Positions 17,427 through 27,289 of a stretch of DNA of 64,000 nucleotides are shown piece after piece. Source of the DNA: Chloroflexota bacterium (lineage in GTDB: Bacteria > Chloroflexota > Anaerolineae > Aggregatilineales > Phototrophicaceae). The first letter of the stretch is position 1; every line of letters begins with the position of its first letter. Location: the NCBI GenBank assembly GCA_011523735.1, contig WTGB01000028.1, positions 34,048 through 98,047 of the forward strand, in the 5' to 3' direction. Both the position numbers and the translations under genes were made by a program. Under the pieces are notes generated by a model. That model did no database searches. It was not told where the DNA came from and saw nothing but the letters and a program-made list of their open reading frames with translations.

Positions 17427-18821
17427 ATGAAGCGGAGCAAGCTGTGGAGCGCGAGTATCACGATGATCGTCATCATCGTTATGATCAGCGCATACAGTAT
17501 GTTCGGACTAGTGCTGGGTCAAGAGTCTGGATCGTCCGAAGGAGGGAGCGAGCATCAGACCGAATCCAGTGAAGGCGCTCGTGAAAGCGGCAGCGAAGGC
17601 GCCAGCGAGCACGGCGGAAGCGGAGGGGAAGGCACGGAAGGCAGCGGCGGGGACGCGGCGGAACGCGCTGGCGCGAATGCCCTGACCCTGGATCAAACTT
17701 ACGATGTCACACGCAATGGCGCACGCTTGATCCTGAGCTACGATGCCGCCAACAATCAGTTCGTCGGCACGGTCGAGAATACGACCGACACAACACTGAC
17801 CCGGGTGCGGGTGGAGATCCATCTGTCCAATGGCTTGGAACTAGGTCCAACGACCCCGACCGATTTGGCAGCCGGCGAGATCATGGACATCGTACTGGAT
17901 GCTGGCAGCCAACCCTTTGACTCCTGGACGCCCCATGCCGAGGTCGGCATGAGCGAAGGCGCCGGCGGCGCTGAAGGCGCTGGCGAAGGCGGCGATCCTT
18001 CCAGCCCCATCCTGGGCTTGGATGAAAGCTGGGACGGCATCGTCAACAGCGTCAGAACCTCCATGTCCTATGATCCAGCCCGCGGCGCATTTACCGGCTT
18101 CGTCGAAAACCCCGGGAACACAACCCTGTGCTTCGTTCAGATCGAACTGAACCTGAAGCAAGGGGGGCAGACTGTGGTTGAACTGGGACCGCAGCCGGTC
18201 GGTGATCTGGCCCCCGGCGCGCAGATGCCTGTCGAGTTGCTGGTCGCTGACGAACCCTTGGCCGCCGGGCTAGCATTCGATGCCTGGGAGATCCACCCTG
18301 AAGTCTTCGACTGCGGCGGACCGGGACCAGTCAACACTGAAGGCGCCGGTGAAGGCTCGGGTGAGGGCGCCGGCGAGCACGGCGGACGCGGTGGCGAAGG
18401 TGTTGAAGGCGGCGGCGGGGACGCAGCCGAAGGCAGTGGCGCCAATGCCCTGGCCCCTAACCAAATCTACGATGTCACCCGCAATGGCGCCCGCTTGGTC
18501 ATGCGCTACGATGAAGCCAACAATCGCTTCATCGGCAAGGTCGTCAACATGACCAACGCTACACTGACACGGGCGCGGATCGAGATACATCTGTCCAATG
18601 GCGTCGAACTGGGTCCAACAACCCCGACTGATGTGCCATCCAGCTACCAACTGTCCGTCACCATCCCGGCGACTGACCAACCCTTTGACTCCTGGGCGCC
18701 CCATGCGGAATTCGGCATGGGCGAAGGCGGCGGCAAGGACGCTGGTAGTGAAGGCGCAGGCGAGCATGGCGGTCGCGAAGGCCGTGGCGAACACGGCGGA
18801 CGTGAGGGTGGTGGCGGCTGA
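17427..18821 (+). CDS. Secreted/anchored three-repeat protein with EHGG-type Gly/Glu/His-rich linkers (unknown family)
   Basis: AAGAGG RBS and an N-terminal hydrophobic signal/anchor. Three roughly 90-100-aa beta-rich modules each end in FD(S/A)W..H.E, separated by low-complexity (S/G)EGAGEHGG linkers. The tail reads EGAGEHGGREGRGEHGGREGGGG. Confidence 0.7.
   Translation: MKRSKLWSASITMIVIIVMISAYSMFGLVLGQESGSSEGGSEHQTESSEGARESGSEGASEHGGSGGEGTEGSGGDAAERAGANALTLDQTYDVTRNGARLILSYDAANNQFVGTVENTTDTTLTRVRVEIHLSNGLELGPTTPTDLAAGEIMDIVLDAGSQPFDSWTPHAEVGMSEGAGGAEGAGEGGDPSSPILGLDESWDGIVNSVRTSMSYDPARGAFTGFVENPGNTTLCFVQIELNLKQGGQTVVELGPQPVGDLAPGAQMPVELLVADEPLAAGLAFDAWEIHPEVFDCGGPGPVNTEGAGEGSGEGAGEHGGRGGEGVEGGGGDAAEGSGANALAPNQIYDVTRNGARLVMRYDEANNRFIGKVVNMTNATLTRARIEIHLSNGVELGPTTPTDVPSSYQLSVTIPATDQPFDSWAPHAEFGMGEGGGKDAGSEGAGEHGGREGRGEHGGREGGGG
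17595..17960 (+). repeat. Intragenic duplication unit A1 (linker + module 1)
   Basis: Aligns without gaps to 18363..18728, offset exactly 768 nt (256 codons). Long identical DNA runs include tacgatgtcac.cgcaatggcgc.cgcttg and catctgtccaatggc. Confidence 0.8.
18363..18728 (+). repeat. Intragenic duplication unit A2 (linker + module 3)
   Basis: Partner of 17595..17960. My hand alignment of the 122 aa gives roughly two-thirds identity, and the DNA identity looks higher. Confidence 0.8.
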
Positions 18822-18885
18822 GCAAGGCCGACCGCATAAGCCAAGGATTCCTTGAACCTTGAAGCAATCCCCAGGCAAGACCGAT

Positions 18886-18924
18886 ACTCAGGCGCGTTGT
18901 ACAATCGAGATAGCGCGCCTGAGT
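18886..18924 (+). terminator. Perfect 11-bp hairpin between the repeat-protein gene and the response regulator (attenuator or partial terminator?)
   Basis: ACTCAGGCGCG (18886..18896) pairs with CGCGCCTGAGT (18914..18924) across a 17-nt loop. The sequence that follows, gattctgtt, is only a weak U-tract. Confidence 0.3.
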
Positions 18925-18943
18925 GATTCTGTTGCGAGGCATC

Positions 18944-19621
18944 ATGAGCCAAACCATTCTGATCATTGAAGACGACAGGCGAATAGCCAACTGGATAAAA
19001 GTGTATTTTGAGCGAGCGGGATTTAGCGCCGAAGTCGCACATGATGGCCAAGCCGGTCTCTCCGCTGCCCGCAGCCTGGCGCCAGGCTTGATCGTGTTGG
19101 ATTTAATGCTTCCGCGGCTTGATGGCATTGCGGTTTGCAATATCTTGCGGCGTGAATCGGATGTCCCGATTATCATGCTGACAGCCAGAGAGACACATGC
19201 TGATCGTATCAAGGGACTGGACAGCGGCGCAGATGATTATATTGTCAAGCCCTTCAATCCCGATGAAGTTGTTGCCCGCGCCAAAGCCGTGTTGCGCCGT
19301 GTTCATAGCGAGGTCCAGCAAACCCTGACCAGTGGCAACATCAGCCTGAACTCGACGACCCAGAGCGTGACGATCGACGAGCAACCGATCTCCTTGAGCC
19401 AGACGCAGTTTGCCCTGCTGGCTGCTTTCATGCGCCACCCCAATCAAGTTCTCACCAGAGACCAGCTCATCTCGCTGGCATTGGAGAATGATTTTGATGG
19501 CTTTGATCGGGCGATAGATAATCACATCCTTCGCTTGCGCAAGCAACTGGCGAACGCGGGTCGCCAGCCGATTCAGACTGTTTATGGCGCGGGCTATCGA
19601 TTTGTCGTAGAGGACGAATAA
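18944..19621 (+). CDS. OmpR/PhoB-family response regulator
   Basis: Trimmed to the ATG at 18944 (MSQTILIIEDD...). Receiver domain with DD...D(LDLMLP)...K(VKPF), and a C-terminal winged helix (VYGAGYRFV). Confidence 0.9.
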   Translation: MSQTILIIEDDRRIANWIKVYFERAGFSAEVAHDGQAGLSAARSLAPGLIVLDLMLPRLDGIAVCNILRRESDVPIIMLTARETHADRIKGLDSGADDYIVKPFNPDEVVARAKAVLRRVHSEVQQTLTSGNISLNSTTQSVTIDEQPISLSQTQFALLAAFMRHPNQVLTRDQLISLALENDFDGFDRAIDNHILRLRKQLANAGRQPIQTVYGAGYRFVVEDE

Positions 19622-21039
19622 TGTCATTGCGCTGGCGCATCACCCGCGTATTGATCATCGTTATCGCTCTGACAGTCACATGGAATTTGGTGGCCAGTTA
19701 CTACACGATCCAGCGACAATTCGATGCCTTCGTGAGTGGATTGGGTCGCATAGAAGCGAGCAACCTGGCGCGGCAATTGAGCCGAGCCTACACCACGGCG
19801 AAGGGCTGGGATACGGTCGATATGGCATTGTCGGATTCGGGCTACCTTTATGAATATCAAACTGAGCATCCCGAGGGGCATGAAAGCAGCACCGACCGCG
19901 AAAGCGACGAAGGTTTTCACATCGACAGGCTCCGTGTTGTCATTGTTGATCTTGCGGAACGGAATATCCGGGATAATTTTTCTGAACTCGAAACGGGCGA
20001 GATGACTCAATCGCTGTCGGGCCAGCGCCGGGAGATCCTGGATTTGCAGACGGATCAGACGGTGGGCTTTGTGTACTTGGATGTCAATCAGAACTTTCTG
20101 GAGACAGAATCGAGCGGTTTGCTGCATGAGCTGCTACTCAGTTTCATCGCGAGCGGCTTGTTCATTTTGATCATCGCCTTATTACTAGCGACTTCCCTAT
20201 CAAAACGCATTACCGCGCCGATTTCCGCTTTGACAAGCGCCACCCAAACGATAGCCCAGCGCGATGACGCGACCTTGTTGCCAGTCACGTCAGATGATGA
20301 ACTGGGCAAAATGAGCGCCACGTTTAACCAAATGACGACTGCCTTGCAAAGGCAGCGTGACTTGCGCAAACGTTTGATAAGTGATATCTCCCACGAACTC
20401 AATACGCCTTTGACTGTCATCCAACTAGAAGCGAAAGGGCTGCTGGATGACCTGCAAGAGCCCGGCCAGGCGGGGCAATACATCATCCAAGAAGTGACTA
20501 TGCTGCGCAATCTGGTCAATGACTTGAACTGGCTGGCGGAGACTGACTCCGGCGAGTTACAACTCCACGTTGAACAATGCCTCATTGGCCAACTATTGAT
20601 CAGCGAAGTTGAACGTTGGCAAGCCCAAGCGCATGCGCGCAATATCAGCCTATCGCTAAATCCCCTGCCTCAATTGCCAGAATCCCAACTTGACCCGGCG
20701 CGAATACGTCAGGCATTGGGGAATATCATACACAACGCGCTGCAACACTCAGAAGGTGGAAAGGTGATTGTCACGGCAACATTGGAACAGGACAAATACG
20801 TGGAAATTTCAGTCACAGATGATGGCGCGGGAATCAATCCGGCTGATTTGCCGCATATCTTTGAGCGATTCTACCGGACCGACCAATCCCGCAGTCCTGG
20901 AAGAGGATTAGGATTGGATATCGCCCGCGCGATCATCGAGGCGCATGGCGGCGCTATTGCCGTCAAGAGCGAAGGCATTGGACACGGGACAACTGTGCAA
21001 TTCAGATTGCCCGTGCAGGCAGATAGCAAGCTGCCGTAA
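19621..21039 (+). CDS. Sensor histidine kinase (2 TM, extracytoplasmic loop, HAMP, HisKA, HATPase_c)
   Basis: The start overlaps the RR stop (TAATG). H-box ISDISHELNTPLT, N-box IIHNALQH, G-boxes DDGAGI and GRGLGLDIA. The roughly 140-aa sensor loop contains TEHPEGHESSTDRESDEGFH. Confidence 0.9.
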   Translation: MSLRWRITRVLIIVIALTVTWNLVASYYTIQRQFDAFVSGLGRIEASNLARQLSRAYTTAKGWDTVDMALSDSGYLYEYQTEHPEGHESSTDRESDEGFHIDRLRVVIVDLAERNIRDNFSELETGEMTQSLSGQRREILDLQTDQTVGFVYLDVNQNFLETESSGLLHELLLSFIASGLFILIIALLLATSLSKRITAPISALTSATQTIAQRDDATLLPVTSDDELGKMSATFNQMTTALQRQRDLRKRLISDISHELNTPLTVIQLEAKGLLDDLQEPGQAGQYIIQEVTMLRNLVNDLNWLAETDSGELQLHVEQCLIGQLLISEVERWQAQAHARNISLSLNPLPQLPESQLDPARIRQALGNIIHNALQHSEGGKVIVTATLEQDKYVEISVTDDGAGINPADLPHIFERFYRTDQSRSPGRGLGLDIARAIIEAHGGAIAVKSEGIGHGTTVQFRLPVQADSKLP

Positions 21040-21047
21040 ATTTCCCG

Positions 21048-22232
21048 CTAGTTGAGGTTCTGGAAAATACCCGCCGCGCCCATGCCACCGCCGATGCACA
21101 TGGTCACCATGCCATAATTGCTGCCGCGGCGTTTCATCTCGTTGATAATTTGCACGGTCAGTTTTGCGCCGGTACAGCCCAGAGGATGACCAAGCGCGAT
21201 GGCGCCGCCATTGACATTCACAATCTCCGGATTCAGTTCCAGCTCGCATATGACCGCTAGCGACTGCGAGGCGAAGGCTTCGTTGAGTTCGATGAGGTCG
21301 ATGTCGTCCAGCGACATGCCGCAGCGCTCCAGCACTTTTGGCGCCGCTTTGATCGGACCGACGCCCATAATCTCCGGGCGGACGCCGGCCACGGCAAATC
21401 CGACAAAACGCGCAAGAGGCTGCAAGCCCAAGCGCTCGGCTTTCTCCCGCTCCATCACGATCACAGCCGCGGCGCCATCGCTCAAAGGGCTGGAATTGCC
21501 AGCGGTCACCGAGCCAGCCGGCTTGAAGACCGGCTTCAGTCCGGCGAGGGCCTCTACAGTGGTTTCACGCCGCAAATGCTCATCTCGGTCGAGTAGCTTG
21601 TTGACAACCGCCGGCCTGCCATCGTCTCCGACCACCGTCTCCTCCCATTCAAATGGGACGATCTCTTGGGCGAAGTAGCCGGCATCGGTGGCTTCGGCCG
21701 CTTTGCGGTGGCTGTTGTAGGCGAATTGGTCCATGTCTTCGCGGCTGATGCCGAATTCGGAAACGACGCGTTCCGCCGTCAGCCCCATGCTCATATAGAC
21801 GTTGGGATCCTTTGCCGCCATGTGTGGGTTGGGGCTGAGGTGATGGCCCGTCATCGGCACGGAGGACATTGACTCAGCGCCGCCGGCGATCACGACATCG
21901 GCTTGGTCGGCGATGATGCTGTTGGCTGCCAGAGCGATCGTCTGCAAGCCACTCGAGCAGAAGCGATTGACAGTCTGCCCGGGCGTATCGACAGGCAGGC
22001 CGGCGCGCAGAGCGATAACTCGGGCGAAGTTCATGCCCTGCGAACCCTCCGGCATAGCGCAGCCCATGATCACATCGTCAACATCTTGCGGGTCTAGTTT
22101 GCCAGCGGTCTTCTCCATTAAGTCGGCGATGACGGTCGCCGCCATGTCATCCGAACGCGCGTTTTTCGTGTTGCCGCGGACTGCCTTGCCGACGGCCGTG
22201 CGTGATGCCGCTACAATAACTGCTTGGCGCAT
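21048..22232 (-). CDS. fadA: Acetyl-CoA C-acyltransferase (3-ketoacyl-CoA thiolase)
   Basis: 394 aa. N-terminal [14 protein letters not shown], active-site region [10 protein letters not shown], and C-terminal [18 protein letters not shown]...MCIGGGMG. Confidence 0.9.
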   Translation of the reverse strand: MRQAVIVAASRTAVGKAVRGNTKNARSDDMAATVIADLMEKTAGKLDPQDVDDVIMGCAMPEGSQGMNFARVIALRAGLPVDTPGQTVNRFCSSGLQTIALAANSIIADQADVVIAGGAESMSSVPMTGHHLSPNPHMAAKDPNVYMSMGLTAERVVSEFGISREDMDQFAYNSHRKAAEATDAGYFAQEIVPFEWEETVVGDDGRPAVVNKLLDRDEHLRRETTVEALAGLKPVFKPAGSVTAGNSSPLSDGAAAVIVMEREKAERLGLQPLARFVGFAVAGVRPEIMGVGPIKAAPKVLERCGMSLDDIDLIELNEAFASQSLAVICELELNPEIVNVNGGAIALGHPLGCTGAKLTVQIINEMKRRGSNYGMVTMCIGGGMGAAGIFQNLN

Positions 22233-22290
22233 GTGCTGTTCCTCACTTTCGCGTTTGGCCTTCGCCTGAAGGATCTCTGCCGCTTGCGTC

Positions 22291-24678
22291 TCAATTCCTT
22301 AAGGGCTTGTTCGTCTGAAGCATGTGCATGATGCGCTCCTGCGTCTTCGTCTCCATAATCAAGCTCAAAAAAGCTTCACGCTCCAAATTCAACAAATACT
22401 GCTGATCCACCCACTGCGGCTCAGCCAGGGCCGCGCCCGTCAATATATAAGCGAGCTTCCGCGCGATCAGCGCATCATGCTCGCTGGCGTAACCCGCTTC
22501 CTTGAATCCCGCCACGCCGATCAACAGAGCGGCATAAGCATCCCGACCGGCCGCAAAGACCGGCTCCGGTTTCCGCGGGACATAGGTTTCGCTCATTGCC
22601 AGCGCCAGCTTCTTCGCCTCGCCCAGCAGGTGGGCGCGATTCATCACGATCTTGTCCGATTCCGCCAGCAAGCCGAGCCCCTTCGCCTCCTTGGCGCTGC
22701 CGCTGACCTTGGCCGTCGCTATCGTCTCAAATGCTTTCTGCAAGCCCGCCAGCACATCGTCCGAGCCGCCGCGGGCCAGTGGATTGACCAGACGCCGCGC
22801 CAACTCCTTGCAGCCGCCGCCGGCCGGAACCAGACCGACCCCGACCTCAACCAAGCCCATATACAACTCGGCATGGGCGACAACCGCCGCGCCTGACATT
22901 GCCAACTCCGCGCCGCCGCCCAGCGCCATATTATGCGCGGCGACCACCACCGGCTTAGGCGCGTATCGCAGCGCTTGGGTCAAATCCTGCAGGCTGACCA
23001 GGACCTTCTCAATGCCCTCCAGCCCCGCCATCAACGCCGATGGATCGAGATTCGCGCCGATGGAAAAACGCTCGCCATCGTTCCCAATCACCAGCGCCCT
23101 GTATTCGTCTCGCGCCAGAATCTCCAGCGCCTTCCAGCCCGATTCAATCAAGCCGGCGGTGATGCTATTTTGTTTGGTATTGAATTCCCAGAGCAAGGCG
23201 CCATCGCCCATGTCGTAAACCGCGCCATCGCCATTGCTGTAGACTTCGGCGCCGGAAGCGCGCAAATCGGCAATCGTGATCTCGCGCGGCTCCCGGACCA
23301 GCGGAAGATAGGCGCGCTCCTGCGGACTGTAATAGCCAGTGACCTTGCCTTGAGTGTCCCGCTGGTAGAAGGTCGCGTGTCCGGCCGCAATCATCGCTTT
23401 GACCCAGTTCGCCACCGGATAACCATCCGCCTCAAAGCGGTCGATCGTCTCCGCCACGCCGATAGCATCCCAAATCTCGAAGGGTCCCATCTGGTGGGCG
23501 AAACCCCATTTTTGGGCGTTATCCACATTGACGATGGTATCAGTAACTTCCGGCACCCGGTTGGAAGCGTAAGCCAGCAAGAAAGCATGCAAGTGCCATA
23601 GATACTGACCGGCGCGATCATCGGCGTTGATGAGCAGGCGGATGCGTTCGCCGAGCGACTCGACATTGCGGTACATGCCCACGCTATCGAAACGCGGCTT
23701 GCACGGCGGTTCATACTCCAGCGTCTCCAGGTTGAGCGCCCAAAGTTCTTTTTTCCCGCCATCGCGCCGCATATGATAAAAGCCTCTGCCCGTCTTGCGC
23801 CCCAGCCAGCCGCGCTCCAGCAATTCATCGGAAAGCGCCGCGTTCTTTTCATGCAGCAGCAGCTCGCGAGCCGGGTCATCGGGAATTTCATGATAAAGAT
23901 TGCGCGCCACGCCGACGGCAATATCAAAGCCGACCAGATCGTTCAGATTGAAAGTCGCCGTCTTCGGACGGCCGATCAGGGGACCGGTGAGCGCGTCAAC
24001 TTCTTCGACGGTGTAGCTATGATCCAGCGCGTAGTTGGTCGCTTGCATGCCCGACATCGACATGAAGCGATTGCCGATGAAGTTAGGCCTATCGTTGCAG
24101 AGTACCGTGCCCTTGCCCAAAGTCTCGGCGCCGAAGCGCATCATATAATCTACGATTTCCCGATCGCTGCCAGCATGTGGGATGATCTCCAGCAAACGCA
24201 AATAGCGCGGTGGATTGAAGAAATGCGTGCCAAGGAAACGGCCTGTGAATTGCCGCGGCAAGCCCTCAGCGATGCTTGCTATGGGAATCCCGGATGTATT
24301 CGTCGTCACGATGGCATCGTCGCGAAGGACATCGACCAGCCGCTTCATCAAGCCGCGTTTAATCTCCAGATTCTCAACGATGGCTTCGATGACCCAGTCA
24401 GCATCAGCCACCTGGTTCAAGTCGTCTTCGATATTGCCGATGCGGATATTGGCCAGGTCATCGGCGCTGTATAACTGCGGCGGGCGACTTCTACCCAGCG
24501 CTTTGAGATTGCGAGCGACAATCGCGTTGCGGACCTTGGGTCCGTCCTTCGGGGCGCTATCCGGCGGCGGAATATCCAGCAGCAGCGTGTCTATGCCGAC
24601 GCCAGCCAAGAGCGCCGCGATGCCACCGCCCATCGTGCCCGAGCCAATCACGGCCGCCTTCTTGATCTCATAGCCCAT
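22291..24678 (-). CDS. fadN: Bifunctional 3-hydroxyacyl-CoA dehydrogenase / enoyl-CoA hydratase (FadN-type domain order)
   Basis: 795 aa. The N-terminal Rossmann motif [16 protein letters not shown] (3HCDH) is followed by a crotonase-like C-terminal half ([17 protein letters not shown]...GGGAELAM). This is the domain order of Bacillus FadN rather than E. coli FadB. Confidence 0.85.
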   Translation of the reverse strand: MGYEIKKAAVIGSGTMGGGIAALLAGVGIDTLLLDIPPPDSAPKDGPKVRNAIVARNLKALGRSRPPQLYSADDLANIRIGNIEDDLNQVADADWVIEAIVENLEIKRGLMKRLVDVLRDDAIVTTNTSGIPIASIAEGLPRQFTGRFLGTHFFNPPRYLRLLEIIPHAGSDREIVDYMMRFGAETLGKGTVLCNDRPNFIGNRFMSMSGMQATNYALDHSYTVEEVDALTGPLIGRPKTATFNLNDLVGFDIAVGVARNLYHEIPDDPARELLLHEKNAALSDELLERGWLGRKTGRGFYHMRRDGGKKELWALNLETLEYEPPCKPRFDSVGMYRNVESLGERIRLLINADDRAGQYLWHLHAFLLAYASNRVPEVTDTIVNVDNAQKWGFAHQMGPFEIWDAIGVAETIDRFEADGYPVANWVKAMIAAGHATFYQRDTQGKVTGYYSPQERAYLPLVREPREITIADLRASGAEVYSNGDGAVYDMGDGALLWEFNTKQNSITAGLIESGWKALEILARDEYRALVIGNDGERFSIGANLDPSALMAGLEGIEKVLVSLQDLTQALRYAPKPVVVAAHNMALGGGAELAMSGAAVVAHAELYMGLVEVGVGLVPAGGGCKELARRLVNPLARGGSDDVLAGLQKAFETIATAKVSGSAKEAKGLGLLAESDKIVMNRAHLLGEAKKLALAMSETYVPRKPEPVFAAGRDAYAALLIGVAGFKEAGYASEHDALIARKLAYILTGAALAEPQWVDQQYLLNLEREAFLSLIMETKTQERIMHMLQTNKPLRN

Positions 24679-24731
24679 CTGCGCTATCGCCTTTCCTGAT
24701 TGTCAATGCCAGACTGCAAGAGCAGCCTCTC

Positions 24732-25436
24732 TCACCAGTCCAATTCCGAACCATCGTAACGGTAGAACTTGCCATTGTCTGAGGCGCTCAGGCTATTCAT
24801 AAGCGCTAGCATACTCCGCGCCGATTCCTCCGGCGAAAGATTGGCTGCCGCCCCACCCATGTCCGTCCGCACCCAGCCGGGCGCTACCGTAACGGTCGTG
24901 ATACCCGCCATCGCCCCATCAAAAGCGAGAACGCGCGCGGCCATATTCATCGCTGCCTTGCTCATGCGATAGGCGTAGGAACTGCCGCCGGCGCGACTCA
25001 GCGAGCCCAAACCCGAAGAAATCATCACCACGCGCGGATTGTCGCCTTTCTTCAGCAACTCGCGGCAAGCCTGCGTCACGATCAGCGCGCTGACAGCGTT
25101 TGTCGTAATCACATGGCTGACTTCAGTTGACGTCAGCTTCCCCATGATTCGAGCGTGATCGTCGCCGCTGATGCCGGCATTGTTGATGAGCAGATCCAAA
25201 CCGCCAGCTTCGGCGTCGACAAAATCGGCTGCGCGACTTATTGAGGCTTCATCTGTGACATCCATTTGCAGGAGGCTGACACTGCCGTGGCGCTTCTGCG
25301 CGAGTTCCTTCAGTTGCGCCGCGCCATCCGGATTACGGCACGTCGCGAAAATACTACAGTCGCCGTTGGCTAGAAATGCTTTAGTCAGCGCGAGGCCGAT
25401 GCCCCGGTTCGCGCCTGTGATGAGTATGTTTTGCAT
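24732..25436 (-). CDS. Short-chain dehydrogenase/reductase (SDR)
   Basis: ILITGANRGIGLAL (TGxxxGxG), NNAG, and YRMSKAA (YxxxK). Confidence 0.85.
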   Translation of the reverse strand: MQNILITGANRGIGLALTKAFLANGDCSIFATCRNPDGAAQLKELAQKRHGSVSLLQMDVTDEASISRAADFVDAEAGGLDLLINNAGISGDDHARIMGKLTSTEVSHVITTNAVSALIVTQACRELLKKGDNPRVVMISSGLGSLSRAGGSSYAYRMSKAAMNMAARVLAFDGAMAGITTVTVAPGWVRTDMGGAAANLSPEESARSMLALMNSLSASDNGKFYRYDGSELDW

Positions 25437-25445
25437 AATTAGTAT

Positions 25446-26603
25446 CTACTCGCTCTCCGGTTGTTCCAGTGAAATTGGGTTCAATTCTCCCTCGGATTCA
25501 AACTGACTTAAGCTTTCAGCGTCGAATTCAAGAATTCTGATTTCGCGTCTGCGGATGCCGATATTGTGTTCAATAAGCAGGTTTAGCAGCCGTTCACCAT
25601 CTATCAAGGTAATGGGCGCGACGCTCGGCGCAAATGCGGAGTCCTGCGCACTCTTGGCAAAGCCGCCTGTAGTAATTATTGAGCCACGTACAGCCTGAAA
25701 GTAGTGTAGTGAGCCACGCAGTTGATCGAGTATGGGGCGCCCAACATTGCCTTTTTGACGCTTGACTTGGATGACTTCGCGGACGCGGCTGATGCCTAGC
25801 TCAATCTCGGCGACAACATCAATGCCTTTGTCATTGCTCGGCGCAGTTACTTCGACATTGTGATAGCCCATCTCTTCAAGCAACAATTTAATGAAATGCT
25901 CGAATAGAAAAGGATCCATCGCTTGCAAGTATTTGCTAAGTTGCCGGCGTGTGACTGCGTTGTTTTGTTTGACCAATTCTTCTATTGTTGGAGCATCTCC
26001 CGTATTCCCGCCTTTGAAGCGTCGCAAATAGTCAAGGCCGGAGTCCGTAATACTGTATTTTTGCGCGGTTTTCTCAACCAGGTCGCGCTGACGGAGATTC
26101 TCAAGCCGATGCCTCAAAGCTACTACGCCGGAATTCTTCGCGGAAAATGTAGTGTATAAGCGGAAAAACTCCTGAAAGGCCCTCAGAAAGTCACCTTCTT
26201 TCGCTGGTCCCTGCGCCGCGACTTCCGCAAGAATTATCAGAATACCTTCGTAGTGATCAATCTTGGCTAAGATTGATTCGTCATTCTCCATGAATAGCTT
26301 GCCGGCTTCAGTCAAAGTGAAGACATCATCGGGAAAGACCACTAGATGATGATGTCGCATTAATTCCACTGCGTCGCTTGAATTGCGTGGGTTGATGTTT
26401 GTCTCGCGCCAGATGCGATAGGCTAATACTTGATCTTCCCTAGACATCACCAAGGGAATATAAACTTCTGGATCGGCCCGTTTGCCTTTCATCTCTAGTG
26501 ACTTCCAATTGGCATAAATCGCGTTGTGCATCGAGAGCCAATGCGAATAACATTTTCCCTCTAAGAATTGAATGAGACGTCGCGCTTCTTCATAAGGCGG
26601 CAT
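25446..26603 (-). CDS. Mrr-type (type IV-like) restriction endonuclease domain protein with N-terminal winged-helix-like region
   Basis: Trimmed to the ATG at 26603. The C-terminal FEHFIKLLLEEMGYHNVEVTAPSNDKGIDVVAE...VIQVKRQKGNVG...GSIITTGGF matches the Mrr_cat D...(Q/E)xK core. GC is visibly lower than in the neighbouring genes. Confidence 0.75.
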   Translation of the reverse strand: MPPYEEARRLIQFLEGKCYSHWLSMHNAIYANWKSLEMKGKRADPEVYIPLVMSREDQVLAYRIWRETNINPRNSSDAVELMRHHHLVVFPDDVFTLTEAGKLFMENDESILAKIDHYEGILIILAEVAAQGPAKEGDFLRAFQEFFRLYTTFSAKNSGVVALRHRLENLRQRDLVEKTAQKYSITDSGLDYLRRFKGGNTGDAPTIEELVKQNNAVTRRQLSKYLQAMDPFLFEHFIKLLLEEMGYHNVEVTAPSNDKGIDVVAEIELGISRVREVIQVKRQKGNVGRPILDQLRGSLHYFQAVRGSIITTGGFAKSAQDSAFAPSVAPITLIDGERLLNLLIEHNIGIRRREIRILEFDAESLSQFESEGELNPISLEQPESE

Positions 26604-26629
26604 CCACGTTGTTAAAGGATATCTTGCCG

Positions 26630-27289
26630 TCACATTTGCCCCTCGCAGTCTGTTTGTGCCAAAGCCGCCAACCAAGTATCCACCATCACATCCGCCACCT
26701 CTTCACCACTTAACCGGCCGCCCTCCTTGAACCACACGCTTATCCAGTTGTGCGCGCCCAAGATCGCCCGCGTCACGATCGCCGCATCCACCTCGCGAAA
26801 TTCGCCCGCTTCTATCCCCGCCCGCACTGTGTCACGGAACAAGCCCTCGAAGTAATCGCGCCGGGCAAAGAATTGATTCCGCCGCGCCACAAATTCTTCC
26901 ATGAAACTCTCATCGCTATTCCTCGCGCCGACGCTAACATTGAGCAGCGCGCGAATCTCGAAAACCATCGCGGCGCCCACCGCCACGTTGCCCGTCACGC
27001 TGACCACATGCGAGCGAATCATCGCGCTCAGCTTCTCAGCGCAGGAAAACTCAGAGCCATCGATTCTTTCCAGTTTGTCGATCGTGAGATCCAGCCCGAC
27101 CTCAAGCACATTAAGCAAGAGAAAATCTTTATTCTTGAAATGATGATACAAACTTGCCGCGGTCAAATTGACCTGGGCCGCGATGTCTTTCATCGTCGTC
27201 GCTTCATAGCCATTACGGTGCAAAACCTCCGCCGCCGCCCACAAGATGTCTTCGCGGTCGACAGATTGATCAGCCGGTTTTCTTGCCAA
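26630..27289 (-). CDS. TetR/AcrR-family transcriptional regulator (FadR-like by context)
   Basis: The N-terminal HTH ILWAAAEVLHRNGYEATTMKDIAAQVNLTAASLYHHFKNKDFLL is the TetR_N signature. It heads the minus-strand SDR-fadN-fadA gene string. Confidence 0.85.
   Translation of the reverse strand: MARKPADQSVDREDILWAAAEVLHRNGYEATTMKDIAAQVNLTAASLYHHFKNKDFLLLNVLEVGLDLTIDKLERIDGSEFSCAEKLSAMIRSHVVSVTGNVAVGAAMVFEIRALLNVSVGARNSDESFMEEFVARRNQFFARRDYFEGLFRDTVRAGIEAGEFREVDAAIVTRAILGAHNWISVWFKEGGRLSGEEVADVMVDTWLAALAQTDCEGQM

Noticed and set aside
18137-18878. Several 100-200-aa ORFs on the minus strand and in other plus frames across the repeat-protein gene
   Set aside because: They arise from the Gly/Glu/Ala-rich repetitive sequence (GGC/GAA/GCG runs are open in many frames). 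Only the 17427 frame has an RBS, a signal peptide and conserved repeated modules.
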